DNA of 64,000 nucleotides from contig CBDHHL010000032.1 of NCBI GenBank assembly GCA_965263355.1, positions 3,232,001 through 3,296,000 of the forward strand, in the 5' to 3' direction. The translations under genes were made by a program, and so were the position numbers. This DNA is from Leptolyngbyaceae cyanobacterium. Its GTDB lineage: Bacteria; Cyanobacteriota; Cyanobacteriia; Phormidesmidales; Phormidesmidaceae. The notes beneath the pieces are model-generated. The model had not been told where the DNA came from. It made no database searches and saw nothing but the letters and a program-made list of their open reading frames with translations. Shown piece by piece: positions 52,195 through 63,238 of this stretch. How positions within the stretch are numbered: the first letter of the stretch is position 1; every line of letters starts with the position of its first letter.

Positions 52195-52791
52195 TTACTC
52201 TACTGGTGTGGAGATAAATTCTGGTAAAGCTTCAGCATTAGCAGAGAATGCTGCTAGCTGGGGATAGTCTGCAGGGGTAATGATATCAGCTGTATATAGC
52301 TGAGTGAATCGCCAGGCAACAGCGCTAGTTATATCCGACTGCATGAGTGGATCGCAGGTGAGACTATCAGCCGCCTGTTCTAGTTGGGCATAGGCGGCAT
52401 GCAGCTGCGTTGTGACTCGATCAAGCCACGGTTGATGCTGTTTCTCAGCTGGACGTAAGGTGCGCTCGTAGACAATTTGTACCGTCTTATCGCAGGCTAC
52501 CAAAGCTAGCCCAATCAGCCTAAGTGCCTCGGGCTGATTGGTGGCGGGCATTAATCTATCGGCTGATATCCCTTCGATATGATGCAGGATCAGTGTGGAG
52601 TCGACCAAAACGGTGCCATCGTCAGTAACCAGGGTAGGGGCTTTGACGATGGGGTTGATCTGGCGAAAGGCATCGAAATCGCTAAACACTGACAGGGGCT
52701 TATGTTCAAACGGAATATTTAGCCGTTTAAGAGATATGGCCACTCGTCTAACGTAAGGCGAATCGAGCATCCCAATCAGCTGCATAGACAT
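52195..52791 (-). CDS. Glutathione S-transferase family protein
   Basis: MLDSPYVRRV, INPIVKAPTL, LVDSTLI. Confidence 0.92.
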   Translation of the reverse strand: MSMQLIGMLDSPYVRRVAISLKRLNIPFEHKPLSVFSDFDAFRQINPIVKAPTLVTDDGTVLVDSTLILHHIEGISADRLMPATNQPEALRLIGLALVACDKTVQIVYERTLRPAEKQHQPWLDRVTTQLHAAYAQLEQAADSLTCDPLMQSDITSAVAWRFTQLYTADIITPADYPQLAAFSANAEALPEFISTPVE

Positions 52792-52906
52792 GCCAGGATT
52801 AAGTCAACATTTTTGAGGGTAAAAGACCCCGACGGTTATGGGGTTTACCTGAAATGTTTTGTTAGATATGACTAGTATTACTAATGCCGATTAAGTTAGG
52901 TATGAA

Positions 52907-53515
52907 TTATTGCTGCTGGGTGACATAGTCAATCGCCCATCTAGCAGCGGCAAGACTGATGCGAGCCTGTTCCATGGACGATAGATTATCCCATTCGATG
53001 TCACGTACTGAATTAATCGTGGCATCTAATATTTCTTCTTGACCACGCATGGCATGGGCCAGTGGACGGGCCATTACCTGCAGGTCAGCATCATCCCAGC
53101 CAGTCAGGGTATCGCGAACACAGGCAATTAGCTGTTCGGCCAAGGGGCGACTGGTAGTAACTACTTGAGATGCTTTAGCTGTAATTTGAGCAATGACATC
53201 TTCAGATAGACGACGAGCAAAGCGCTGTGCTAAAGCTATCTCTACGGAAGTGCCGCCCCACAAGGTATCGAGCTTAGCTGACAAGGCTTGCCAACCAAGC
53301 TGGGCTTCCTCATCTGAAAGGGCTAGTTCATCACCAGCGTCAGCGATTTCGGTAAAGTAGTTTGAAGCGTCTGCCGGGGTCCATGGGTAAGGCGTTTGAG
53401 GTGACAGAATTGACTGCAGCATTTCCTGCTGAGCAAGGTTGTCTGTGGATAGGCGTTGCTGAGACGAAGAATTTTTGTGGTTGACCATGGTAGTGTTACC
53501 CTCCCATAAGTTCAT
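52907..53515 (-). CDS. Hypothetical protein, possibly PatU3-like
   Basis: PYPW, LAEQLIACV, DLQVMARPLA, EQARISLAAAR. Confidence 0.65.
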   Translation of the reverse strand: MNLWEGNTTMVNHKNSSSQQRLSTDNLAQQEMLQSILSPQTPYPWTPADASNYFTEIADAGDELALSDEEAQLGWQALSAKLDTLWGGTSVEIALAQRFARRLSEDVIAQITAKASQVVTTSRPLAEQLIACVRDTLTGWDDADLQVMARPLAHAMRGQEEILDATINSVRDIEWDNLSSMEQARISLAAARWAIDYVTQQQ

Positions 53516-53672
53516 TGAGCTGTGACAGGAAGAGGATACAGGCTTACTTCCAATTGTTCCGCATCTAATTGTTGAACTTAAGGCAAACTTACGCTAAAAG
53601 ACGTAAGTTCGTATACCCCAACATCAAACCTCGTTTAAGTGCAAGCTCCTGATATGGCTTAATTAGAGGGCT

Positions 53673-55394
53673 TTAGCTAGGTACGGTAGGTTCTATTATA
53701 AATTCTAGCAAGCAACCATCAGAGCTACCAAATCGCAGCTGTGTACCTGACGATAGGGGAATTTCTTGGCGATGGATTTGCTGCCAACCTTCGGTGCTCA
53801 GATAATAGGTGCCATAACGGGAGAAGTCCCGCAGAAAATAGGTGGGTTCTGTCGGTTCGGATGCGGCTGTGGCCGCACGGCGGTAAAAGATTTCAGCGTG
53901 TTTACTGGACACCCAGGGTTCTCCGATCACCAAATCGTTATCGGGTAGTCTACCCACTCGCATCAAACCTCGGTAAATCGGCCAAACTTTACACTCACCG
54001 CCGATTTCTCTAATGCTAATGCTGTGGGTATGGACTCGTCCCCCAATGCCAGAATCCCCTGGTAAACGGGTAATGTCCGTTGGCATGGGTGTGAGTAGCT
54101 CACCGTCAAAATCGGGGTGCATGTACAGTACCGGCAACGTCCAGGCGGGTTGGTTAAATTTATAAAGGGTGAGTAAATGCTGACGTGCGATCGCAACCGC
54201 TTCATCCACCGGCTTACGCTCAGCCATGGCCTGGGCAAATTTCTGAATAAAGCTGAGGGCTTCTTCATCGGCAATGGAATCTCGCATGGCTAATACTGCC
54301 GGGACCCCATGGTGTAGAAGAACCTCTGCCAAACTGCTACGCGGAATGGCTTGCTGGCCACTACGTTCGGGTTGAGCGCCCCAGCAGGTGTTAAATACAG
54401 CTAGCTTGACCCGACAGCGAGTCAGGACTTGAGCGAGTTCTGTGCCGTTAAGGGTGGCATCGGGCTGCATAAACAATAAGCCACCATCGGGGGCAGGGAT
54501 GCCATGACCTGCATAAAAGAAAACATTGTAGCGATAGCGCTCTAAATGCTTCACCAAGTCTGCTGGAGAGGGCTGTAAAAGCACGTCTACTTGACGAACG
54601 ACTCGTCGGACGGGTCTAGAGTCGTTACGGTTTTCAAGGATACTTTTCAGTAGCTCAGCTTCCTTTTCCAGGCTCAGGGTAGCAGCAGCCCGGTCCTCGG
54701 TCGCAGGGGAATCATCATGACCCACGACCAGTAATATTCTTAAGCCGTTGTCTAAGCCCCAGTCGGCTAGGGGATCGACGTCACTGGTGGTGCGACTGAA
54801 CAAAATCTGCTGATTTAAGGCAACAGCGGGACGACCAGGCTGGGATTGCATGATTTCCCACGGAACGTTAATTAATTCGGGGTCACGTACTTCCAAGCGG
54901 AGTCGCATCACTGTGCTTTGACCCTGGGCAATGCCACAGCTGTGATCCAGGCTGCTCTGGACTGGGCCATCGAACAACCACTGCCAGAGATTCAGGCCCA
55001 GGTGCTGCATTAACCGGCTACTGTAGCTATTGCTCTGGCCAGCATTAGGGGCATCACTGCTATCGTCTAACAGCAGCTGAGGTACATAGGCCGATGGCAC
55101 ATGGGGCACGTGGGGTAAGCCACGCAGGGAAAACATCGACTGCCAGGTTTGCCAGGCTTGGGATAGGGTATGGTTCCAAATTCGGTCGTGATGGACATGA
55201 CCGCTGGGGAAGGGAGACTTTAATACCCAAATAGCATAATGCTCAGGATCAGCTGCGGTCAGTCGATCTAAGGCAAGCCATAGACAAAGTGACTCTGAAG
55301 ATGACATTGAAACGGTCATAAACGTTCTGTCACAGTAGAAAGACAATACACACTTACTCAGATGTGCAGTTAAGGATGTCAGTGTCAAGGGCAA
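53673..55394 (-). CDS. CHAT (caspase-like) protease with C-terminal FHA domain
   Basis: PWEIM, FFYAGHG (His), VFNTCWG (Cys), VPAVLAM; FHA RVGRLPDNDL..VSSKHA..S.YGT; true start is probably internal (MTVSM). Confidence 0.88.
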   Translation of the reverse strand: MPLTLTSLTAHLSKCVLSFYCDRTFMTVSMSSSESLCLWLALDRLTAADPEHYAIWVLKSPFPSGHVHHDRIWNHTLSQAWQTWQSMFSLRGLPHVPHVPSAYVPQLLLDDSSDAPNAGQSNSYSSRLMQHLGLNLWQWLFDGPVQSSLDHSCGIAQGQSTVMRLRLEVRDPELINVPWEIMQSQPGRPAVALNQQILFSRTTSDVDPLADWGLDNGLRILLVVGHDDSPATEDRAAATLSLEKEAELLKSILENRNDSRPVRRVVRQVDVLLQPSPADLVKHLERYRYNVFFYAGHGIPAPDGGLLFMQPDATLNGTELAQVLTRCRVKLAVFNTCWGAQPERSGQQAIPRSSLAEVLLHHGVPAVLAMRDSIADEEALSFIQKFAQAMAERKPVDEAVAIARQHLLTLYKFNQPAWTLPVLYMHPDFDGELLTPMPTDITRLPGDSGIGGRVHTHSISIREIGGECKVWPIYRGLMRVGRLPDNDLVIGEPWVSSKHAEIFYRRAATAASEPTEPTYFLRDFSRYGTYYLSTEGWQQIHRQEIPLSSGTQLRFGSSDGCLLEFIIEPTVPS

Positions 55395-57651
55395 CTTCTG
55401 CTAGCTGGGCCTCAAGTACCCAGCCCGTCGCCCCAGACTTTAGTGATGGTAACTCCGGTGTTGTGACAGTAGCATCTGAGATGGTTGGGTCTAAATCAAC
55501 AGTGGGTGGCGATTCAGGTTTATCGATGTTGCTAGAACTTGGGCTGCTAGGCTGGCTTGTGGGTGATAAAGTGCAGATCTTTAATTTTACCCAACGGGAC
55601 TGTTCAGCCGCTAGCTCTTGGCGAGTCAGAACCTGAACAATCGTGCCAGTGGGTAATTGGCCCAGATTGTTGGCGGCGTCCTCTGCGCTTTGGGGTGCAT
55701 TTAGAAGATCCACCGGTTGACTCAACTGCAAATAGCTCCTTGGGGCGAGCAGCGGACTTGCCAAGTGACTGTCGTTGATGCCTACCGCCTCAATTTCTTG
55801 ATCGATTTTATCTTGAATAGTTTCAGGGGGCGAGGGCGTTTTGTTAGGGGAGAATGCGATCGGTGAATTTCTAAAAAACACCATAGTTAGCGATGTTGCG
55901 GTACCTAAAAGTCCGACTAATCCCAATAGCCAGAGCCAGAGAGTTGCCGTTTTCTTGGGTGAGATAGAGGGCGTGGCAATGGACTCTCTGGGAACGATGG
56001 TTGGTCGGGATAATACCGTTGCTTGGGTGTTGGTAGGCCCAGGGACGTATTGCTCGGGGATGGGAGGAGGTACCGTTGGCGGTTTGCCTGATTGCAGATG
56101 TCCTGTAATCAGGCCGACGGTGACATTGTCATGTCCGTTATAGGTATTGGCGAGCTGGATCAGGCTAGTAGCCGCTGTAGCTGGTTTGGATTGCCCTTTG
56201 AGCAGCGGCAATAGATGACTTGGCCAATATTGCTCGACGCGATCATAGTCGCTTAACCCATCGGAACATAGAAGTAACACGATGTCATCATCAAGAATCA
56301 ATCGCTCAATGGTGACATGCAGTGCCGTTGAGTGGCTCATGCCCAAGGCCTGAATCAAGGCTCCGGTGCCTGATCGATGGACTACATCGGCGTAGAATCC
56401 ATAGCCTAAGCGGACTTCACGAGCAGCGACGTCATCGTCAAATGTAATTTGACGACAGCTGTTGGGGCTGATGTGATAAGCGCGGCTATCGCCTACGTGG
56501 GCAATGTATATGTGGACCCCGATAACTAGAGCCATAACCAGGGTGGTACCCATGCGATCGCGGGCCTGTCGATGGCCCTGATCATTGTGTTGGGAGATAT
56601 TGTCATTGGCCACACTGATGGCTTGTTCGATGGCCAGGGTGATAGCGATCGGATCGGCTTGTGGTTGATGAGATAGCTGCTCTAGCAGTGGCGATAGCTG
56701 CTGCCCGATGGTTGAGATCGCAAGCTGACTAGCCACATCTCCCCCTTCGTGACCACCGATGCCATCACAAACTAAGAGCAATAGCGGTCGCTGCTCTCGA
56801 GGCTTGGCCTGAGGACCGAGAGCATGGGTTTGAACGGTCCCACTCGTGGGATAGCAAGCATCTTCATTGCGTTTACGGCTAGGGCCTTGGTCGGTCATAA
56901 CTGCCAAGCCATAGGTGGCCTGGTAGCCGGTAGCGGTAGTGGCAATGGCCTGGTCCAGACAAGCAACTAAGACCTCGGCAGTGGCAATCTCCCCCTGGAT
57001 TAGCTGGGTACAAAGGCGTTCTAAAAAATCACAAATAGATGGCTTGGCCTGGGGAATCAAGGTTTGCCAGAAAGTCCCTAAGTCTCTGAGAGTAGGAGGC
57101 TGAACATCAATTACGAGTTCTAATAAACGGATGAGTGAGCCGTGTACTCGTAATTGATGGTTTGAGAGCAAACTGCTTGCCACCTGCTGACCCATAAAAT
57201 CTGACCATAGCCCTGCTATTTGCCAAAGCCAGTTGAGTTGTCTTAAGGGAGATGCTTTTGGCCATACTTCTTTCAAAGATGGCAATAGCGTTGGCTTGCG
57301 ATTGCCAACGCTGGCAATTGCAGCTGTATCTAACAATAGGGTTTCATGGCCTGTGTCAGAATTCAGCAGGGCATAAGGTTGGGGGACATGGAGCCCATGG
57401 GTAGCCAGCATCAAATAGGGCCAGATATGGGTGGGTACCGGTTCTGGTGATGCTGGTGGTATCCCAGGCTCAGTGTCTAGGACGATCTGCTGATGTAGCC
57501 AAACATATCGCTTATCCAGATAGTCAGGCGCAAACTCTCCTGACCCGACTGCCCAAAGATAGCGGTGGGGTATATAGGTCTGACAGGAGGTACATTCTTG
57601 AGTACCTTCTGGGTTAATGGCCTGACATTCAGGATTAGGACACTTAATCAC
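55354..57651 (-). CDS. PP2C-family Ser/Thr phosphatase with N-terminal zinc ribbon, TM helix and C-terminal extracytoplasmic domain
   Basis: [50 protein letters not shown]. Confidence 0.9.
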   Translation of the reverse strand: MIKCPNPECQAINPEGTQECTSCQTYIPHRYLWAVGSGEFAPDYLDKRYVWLHQQIVLDTEPGIPPASPEPVPTHIWPYLMLATHGLHVPQPYALLNSDTGHETLLLDTAAIASVGNRKPTLLPSLKEVWPKASPLRQLNWLWQIAGLWSDFMGQQVASSLLSNHQLRVHGSLIRLLELVIDVQPPTLRDLGTFWQTLIPQAKPSICDFLERLCTQLIQGEIATAEVLVACLDQAIATTATGYQATYGLAVMTDQGPSRKRNEDACYPTSGTVQTHALGPQAKPREQRPLLLLVCDGIGGHEGGDVASQLAISTIGQQLSPLLEQLSHQPQADPIAITLAIEQAISVANDNISQHNDQGHRQARDRMGTTLVMALVIGVHIYIAHVGDSRAYHISPNSCRQITFDDDVAAREVRLGYGFYADVVHRSGTGALIQALGMSHSTALHVTIERLILDDDIVLLLCSDGLSDYDRVEQYWPSHLLPLLKGQSKPATAATSLIQLANTYNGHDNVTVGLITGHLQSGKPPTVPPPIPEQYVPGPTNTQATVLSRPTIVPRESIATPSISPKKTATLWLWLLGLVGLLGTATSLTMVFFRNSPIAFSPNKTPSPPETIQDKIDQEIEAVGINDSHLASPLLAPRSYLQLSQPVDLLNAPQSAEDAANNLGQLPTGTIVQVLTRQELAAEQSRWVKLKICTLSPTSQPSSPSSSNIDKPESPPTVDLDPTISDATVTTPELPSLKSGATGWVLEAQLAEVALDTDILNCTSE

Positions 57652-57985
57652 TCTCAGATACCACGCGGGGTAAGCCCATACTATAGTTGAGCACCCGGCT
57701 TCTCAGGTTGTAACTGATCTGTCCTGATTGCAGTAACGTTCTGACAAAGTGCTCTAGGTCAGAGCCAATGCGACGTAGGTTGTAATCTGTCAAAGCTTCT
57801 CCTGCAGCCGCTGCAACTAATCGCTCAAATTCTTTATAAACCTGCTGCAGCGCATCATCAGACCAATTAAACTCATTATCCGGATCAATATCCAAGGTGA
57901 GTTTGTTGTCGCTAGGCACTAGTTCATTGTTCTCAATGTCTGCCGCAAAGATATGGATATGGCGTGTGGTGGACTTGAGCAGCAT
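57644..57985 (-). CDS. ndhM: NDH-1 complex subunit M
   Basis: [45 protein letters not shown]. Confidence 0.96.
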   Translation of the reverse strand: MLLKSTTRHIHIFAADIENNELVPSDNKLTLDIDPDNEFNWSDDALQQVYKEFERLVAAAAGEALTDYNLRRIGSDLEHFVRTLLQSGQISYNLRSRVLNYSMGLPRVVSESD

Positions 57986-58122
57986 AGATTGGTTCTTTAT
58001 TTAAGACGCTTATATTGTAAACGTTTCCTCGTAACCCCTTGACCGGCTAATGTTTAGCTTTGTTAGCAATTTTACGAGGCTGCGCTGCGCCAATGTTGCG
58101 TCAAGCTTAGCAATTTGGGGCA

Positions 58123-58779
58123 ATGGCAAACTATTTAAAGTTAATGCTGATTCGTCATGGTGAGTCTGTGGGCAATGCAGCTGGCCGTTTTGAAGGGCAG
58201 ATGTCTACGCCCCTATCTGTGAAAGGGCAATGGCAGGCATCGCAGCTGGCGAACTACTTGCAGGCGCAGGGTTCGCCAACGTGTCTATATAGCAGCCCGT
58301 TACGACGAGCGGTGGAAACAGCAAACTATCTGATGCCGATCACTGGGGGCGAGTTGCAGCTAGAGTCGGCGTTACAAGAACTACACCAGGGAATTTTTCA
58401 GGGACTGACCTGGTCGGAAGCTAATCAGCAATATCCCCACATTTGTGCAGCCTTACTATCTACCCTTGACTATCAGCCTATTCCCGGCGCAGAGACTTTG
58501 ATGGCGGCACATCGGCGAGCGTTAGTTTGGTGTCACACTCTGTGGCAGCGCCATACCCCTGGTGATTTGATTTGGATGGTTACCCACAGTGGGTTTATGC
58601 AGCAGTTGATTAGTGTGCTTTTAGGCTGCGATCGCAGCTGGCAAATTCCTATCGGTCATACCGCTTTGTTTGAATTTTGGTTACTCAAGCCAACCCCCAC
58701 CAGTCAGAGCCAACATAATCCGGAACACTGGAAAATTATTAGATTTAACGAAACCCCTCACTTAGATCATCCAACTTAA
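58123..58779 (+). CDS. Histidine phosphatase (phosphoglycerate mutase family)
   Basis: LIRHGES, SSPLRRA.ETA, VTHSG. Confidence 0.92.
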   Translation: MANYLKLMLIRHGESVGNAAGRFEGQMSTPLSVKGQWQASQLANYLQAQGSPTCLYSSPLRRAVETANYLMPITGGELQLESALQELHQGIFQGLTWSEANQQYPHICAALLSTLDYQPIPGAETLMAAHRRALVWCHTLWQRHTPGDLIWMVTHSGFMQQLISVLLGCDRSWQIPIGHTALFEFWLLKPTPTSQSQHNPEHWKIIRFNETPHLDHPT

Positions 58780-58894
58780 GTAGTGAAGGTGTTCTAAGTA
58801 TTTCAAGATATCGTCAAATACACGGAACTTTGAAGTAAATGAGAAGATTACTACGTTTTTGAGGTACCCTTGATTCCCAAGCCCTTGGAACATC

Positions 58895-59839
58895 TTGAGT
58901 AATCGGATGTCAATTCTAACCGGGCATTTTCTACCAATCTGGGATGATTGCAGTGATAGTCTCTTGGAGACTGTTTCAATGTCTACGACTACACTTACTG
59001 ACGTTAATGACGTTTTTGGGCAAGCCCAAGATGGCAGCGTAGCAGCCATTATTCAAATTCTTAACGAGCGTTTTGCAGACAATGGCATCCGTACCCGTGC
59101 TGTGTTTGCTAATAATATGCTGCATTTACTGTGTGAAGCCTCTACGAGTGAGCAGCTTGAGAAAACCACAGTGGTTGAGAAAATTCGTACTATTCTTGAA
59201 ACCATTGCCCCGAGGCGTATTCGTCGTGTCAAGATCAATTGCCGTCTGGTGCAAGAGCAGCAGCTATTATGGTTTGAGGAAATTAATCGCGATCCGGACA
59301 GCCAACTTTTGTGGGCAGAAATGATTACGCTGCGGCAGCCTCCTTGGCTTAAGCGTACCCTCCGTGATCTCAAACGTCCCAAGCTACGAGTGGATATGCC
59401 TGAAGGAGCGTCTAAGTCTGATCTCCGTCATCGGAATAAGTCATTTCTAAATAATGTGATTGGCGGTCTATCGGTGGCCTTACTGTTACTGGGTATCAGT
59501 ATTTGGGCTTACAAACGTTTTATCGTAACGGTTCCTACGGTTACGAATGCCACCGAACAGCGGCCTGTGCAGCCAGTAGCTGGTCAATTGCCACTGCCCG
59601 AATCCTATGATTCTTTTGCGCGGGCTGTTCGTATTGCTGAGCAATCCGCTAAAGATGGTTCAACGGCTGAGACCTCGTCTGACTGGCTAACATTAGCTGC
59701 CCGATGGCAGCAAGCCTCTGATCTCATGGCTGAAGTGCCATCGTCAGACGAGCGTTACCAAATTGCTCAGGACCGCGTTAATGCCTATAAATCTAATAGC
59801 GAGAGCTTGTTACAAAAAGCCCGTCAGGTTGCTGAATAA
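58895..59839 (+). CDS. Hypothetical single-TM protein with C-terminal helical domain
   Basis: GSVAAIIQILN, central TM, W...AARWQQA..LM; start probably MSTTT at 58979. Confidence 0.75.
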   Translation: MSNRMSILTGHFLPIWDDCSDSLLETVSMSTTTLTDVNDVFGQAQDGSVAAIIQILNERFADNGIRTRAVFANNMLHLLCEASTSEQLEKTTVVEKIRTILETIAPRRIRRVKINCRLVQEQQLLWFEEINRDPDSQLLWAEMITLRQPPWLKRTLRDLKRPKLRVDMPEGASKSDLRHRNKSFLNNVIGGLSVALLLLGISIWAYKRFIVTVPTVTNATEQRPVQPVAGQLPLPESYDSFARAVRIAEQSAKDGSTAETSSDWLTLAARWQQASDLMAEVPSSDERYQIAQDRVNAYKSNSESLLQKARQVAE

Positions 59840-59923
59840 ACCATGTCCAAGTTGAAACCGGTAGGTGCTGCACTGGCAAAATGACTATTCTGGCTACGGA
59901 CAAGGTTTAATTGGGGGTTGGTA

Positions 59924-61612
59924 TTACTCAATGCTGACGCCTTTAAATGTCGTTGCCTTCGGTCTGGCTGACACGGGTGCGGCTTTAATTTGCTGAGTGC
60001 GGAGGCGATGCTTTTGGAAATATCCTTGCCATTCTTCAGGCGCATTCAGGGTTTCGCCACCATGTTGGGTAATGCGTTTACGCACCTGGCAAAGGACAGG
60101 TGTATTCACACAGGCCCCAGCAATGATTACCTGGCCTTTAGTGAGCGCCGGTTTCAGCAAATCCCGTCCGGCAGCTTCAACCCCATATTTCAGGCTTTCT
60201 TGATCGACTGGATTGACAATGCGCATGAGAAACTGGCTCATGCACTGGGAGAGGACATCCGAATCAAGCTTACCGGGGCGTTGGGTAATTAAGCCTACCC
60301 CCAAGCCAAACTTACGTCCTTCGCTCAAAATGGTACGTAATACAGCTTTACACCGAGAGGGTTCCTTGGCTGGCGCAAATCGATGGGCTTCTTCAATCAG
60401 CACAAATACTGGAAACGGTAGATAATTCTCATCTCCTTCCTCGATTTTGTCACGGGCAGTGTTGATGCGGGCGTGGTAGCTTTGACGCAGCACCGCTGCA
60501 CAGATGACTTGTTGTTCCTCCTGGCTGATTTCGTTCATTTGTAAAACGGTGACTTGCCCTGGCTCAAATAGATCCCGTGGAGCCATGTGGTTGACCTGGT
60601 GAAAATAGGGCGAACGGGCCAGGCGGTCGAGTTTCCATTCCAGGGCTGGGGCCGATGATCCCACCTTGTCATTACCGTCATCGTCAGCGGTGGTGTCGGC
60701 TTCATAAACCGCAGCAATCAGGTCATTGACATTCCAACGGTAGTCTCCCCGCTTATGTTTACCTAAGATAGTAAATCCTTTATTGAGGATGGACTGCTGA
60801 CGATCGCTCATCTCGGGCAGCAGGGTGAGAATGTCGTAGTAGTCTAAGGACGACATGCGAATCTGAATATCATCAGGGGTGAGGATTTGCACCTTGGGGG
60901 CATAGCCATCACTGGCATGGAAGGCTGAATGTCCGCGCATTTCTGCCAGGGTGTTGTATTCCCCATGGGGGTCAAAGATTAAAACAGCTGCCCGGTTGTA
61001 GGGTTGTAAAAATTCTTCGATCAGGACGCCTGCTGTATAGCTTTTGCCAGAGCCAGTACCAGCCAGAATGGCCATATGGGTACTGACAATTTCTTTGACA
61101 TCGAGCGCAACGGGGACATGACCCCCAGTCCGTAAAAGCAGCGAGCCAATTTGAGCAGAGCCGACATCGCCTGGCTGTTTTTTATTGACTACTTGTTGTA
61201 AACGCTCATCGGATGCGATCGCAACTTTGGCACCTGGATCGGGGGTGATGCGAGGGTTGATAAACCCTAACGCGGAGTGAAAGTAACCAATCACATCCAC
61301 TGTGACTTCATAAATTTCTGGATTGGGATAAGCAAAGCCGATCAATGATGCGATCGTATCAGGACTAATTTGTGTGTCAGCAAAGATGCGGTCCGGTAGA
61401 TGATCGATTAAGCGTCGGTCAGAGATTTTCCCTAAAATCTCCCATGTATTACCGTCGGGGGCATCGACCTGGTAAAAGACAAATTCGCCAATTTTGACCC
61501 GCTTGTTATCAGTGGTAATGAATATATATTGGTTGCCATCTTCCCCAGGCCCTTTGACTGTGCCAATAATCGGGTTGCTAATATCTGAATCTGTCTGAGT
61601 GGATGGAGGCAT
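59924..61612 (-). CDS. HerA/DUF87 family ATPase with N-terminal HAS barrel
   Basis: HMAILAGTGSGKS Walker A, FDPHGEY, LIEEAHRFAP, EGRKFG, ITQRP. Confidence 0.92.
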   Translation of the reverse strand: MPPSTQTDSDISNPIIGTVKGPGEDGNQYIFITTDNKRVKIGEFVFYQVDAPDGNTWEILGKISDRRLIDHLPDRIFADTQISPDTIASLIGFAYPNPEIYEVTVDVIGYFHSALGFINPRITPDPGAKVAIASDERLQQVVNKKQPGDVGSAQIGSLLLRTGGHVPVALDVKEIVSTHMAILAGTGSGKSYTAGVLIEEFLQPYNRAAVLIFDPHGEYNTLAEMRGHSAFHASDGYAPKVQILTPDDIQIRMSSLDYYDILTLLPEMSDRQQSILNKGFTILGKHKRGDYRWNVNDLIAAVYEADTTADDDGNDKVGSSAPALEWKLDRLARSPYFHQVNHMAPRDLFEPGQVTVLQMNEISQEEQQVICAAVLRQSYHARINTARDKIEEGDENYLPFPVFVLIEEAHRFAPAKEPSRCKAVLRTILSEGRKFGLGVGLITQRPGKLDSDVLSQCMSQFLMRIVNPVDQESLKYGVEAAGRDLLKPALTKGQVIIAGACVNTPVLCQVRKRITQHGGETLNAPEEWQGYFQKHRLRTQQIKAAPVSARPKATTFKGVSIE

Positions 61613-61874
61613 AGCGGTGCGATCTCGTCAGCGTTAACCCTGGTCCACGTCCAGAACTGCAGTTTTGCCATAGAGGAAACTCCAGGTTTCAACTTGGACG
61701 TGGTTTAACTGGCTATTTGGCAAACCAATTTTACCCACTATAGTAAACCTGTATTGCTGGAAAGCAACCGCATCTTTAGTATGATATCTGCAGCAATGTC
61801 CTGAAATGGGCTGCAATCAATGGTAAGAAAGGGAGAACGGCCTCGAAACAAGACAAGCCTGTACGACGGCACGC

Positions 61875-61895
61875 TCTCCATGGGGGACATGGAGA
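61875..61895. terminator. Hairpin downstream of queA
   Basis: TCTCCATG-GGGGA-CATGGAGA. Confidence 0.45.
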
Positions 61896-61907
61896 ATGAC
61901 GTATAGA

Positions 61908-63065
61908 CTATGAGTGAGTTCCCTGATTGGGACAACAAGCATCCGGCAAAATAACCATGGCATCACCAAAAGAATAAAAACGGTACGCCTGATGAATTGC
62001 CTCTTGATAAAGATTCATTAATCGTTGACGACCTATTAGTGCACTTACCAGCATCAGGAGGCTAGAGCCCGGTAAGTGAAAATTAGTAATTAGTCCATCG
62101 ATGACTTTCCACTGATAGCCAGGGTAGATAAATAAGTTTACGGGGCCTTGATAGGCTTTGAGGCTACCTATTTGGGTCGCAACTCCCTCCAATGTACGAG
62201 TGGTGGTAGTTCCCACTGCATAGACATGGTTGCCCCGTGCCTGGGTGGCATTAATCAGCTCTACGGTTTTCTGAGGCAGATCTACCCATTCCGCATGCAT
62301 TTTGTGGTCAATAATAGTGTCGGTTTCCACTGGGCGAAACGTGCCTAATCCCACATGTAAGGTGACTTCAGCGCGCTGAATTCCTTTTTCCTCAAGGGCT
62401 TGAAACAGGGCTGGCGTAAAGTGTAGACCGGCCGTTGGGGCCGCCACCGCGCCAGGGGTCTGAGCGTAGATAGTTTGATACTGCTCAGGATCCGCAGGAG
62501 AATTAGTAATGTAGGGTGGTAAAGGGACCTCGCCAATAGCTGTCATTAGGTCATCTATGGGGGTATCGGTTGGGGTGTCAAAGGTGAGCAGTCGACCGTT
62601 GGTGTCGCTATCCCATGCCTCTACCTGGGCTCTGAGTAACGGTTGGTCTAAATTTGGCCCGAAGACTATTGAACTACCTGGTTTTAAGCGTCGTCCTGGT
62701 TTCACCAGTGCCAACCATTGGTCATGCCCACGGGGTTCTAGTAATAAAACTTCAACCTTGGCTCCACTTGGTTTATATCCATACATTCTCGCTGGTATGA
62801 CTCGCGTATTATTAACCACGAGTAGATCGCCAGCACACAGAACCCTGGGTAGGTCTTTAAAATAGGCATGCTGATGATCACTGCTTGATGAAATTACCAT
62901 CAAGCGAGAATGGTCTCGAGGGGTGACTGGTGCCTGGGCAATCAAATTGGACGGTAAGTTATATTGATAAGCCGTCAAGGAATAATCCCTGTTTGCCTGT
63001 TGCTGCTCGGTGAAATCATCGCTGTGAGCTGATTGATGACTATTAGGTAGGGGCATGGCAAACAA
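61908..63065 (-). CDS. queA: S-adenosylmethionine:tRNA ribosyltransferase-isomerase
   Basis: LIAQAP, NNTRVIPAR, PLPPYI, AAPTAGLHFT, LHVGLGTF, TNFHLP, YRFYSFGDAM. Confidence 0.97.
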   Translation of the reverse strand: MFAMPLPNSHQSAHSDDFTEQQQANRDYSLTAYQYNLPSNLIAQAPVTPRDHSRLMVISSSSDHQHAYFKDLPRVLCAGDLLVVNNTRVIPARMYGYKPSGAKVEVLLLEPRGHDQWLALVKPGRRLKPGSSIVFGPNLDQPLLRAQVEAWDSDTNGRLLTFDTPTDTPIDDLMTAIGEVPLPPYITNSPADPEQYQTIYAQTPGAVAAPTAGLHFTPALFQALEEKGIQRAEVTLHVGLGTFRPVETDTIIDHKMHAEWVDLPQKTVELINATQARGNHVYAVGTTTTRTLEGVATQIGSLKAYQGPVNLFIYPGYQWKVIDGLITNFHLPGSSLLMLVSALIGRQRLMNLYQEAIHQAYRFYSFGDAMVILPDACCPNQGTHS

Positions 63066-63238
63066 AAAAGCAGATGAAATACCGTTGATTTTTGATAAAG
63101 GCTTAGGCTGAGTCTCACTAAGTTGAAAGATTTAATGCCAGACTATAGTTAGATGGTCTATATGTTCTATAGACGGGGTCTATGGACTGGCTGTCTAGGT
63201 AATTTAAACGATCTAGACTGTAGCACCGCTTTATAATT

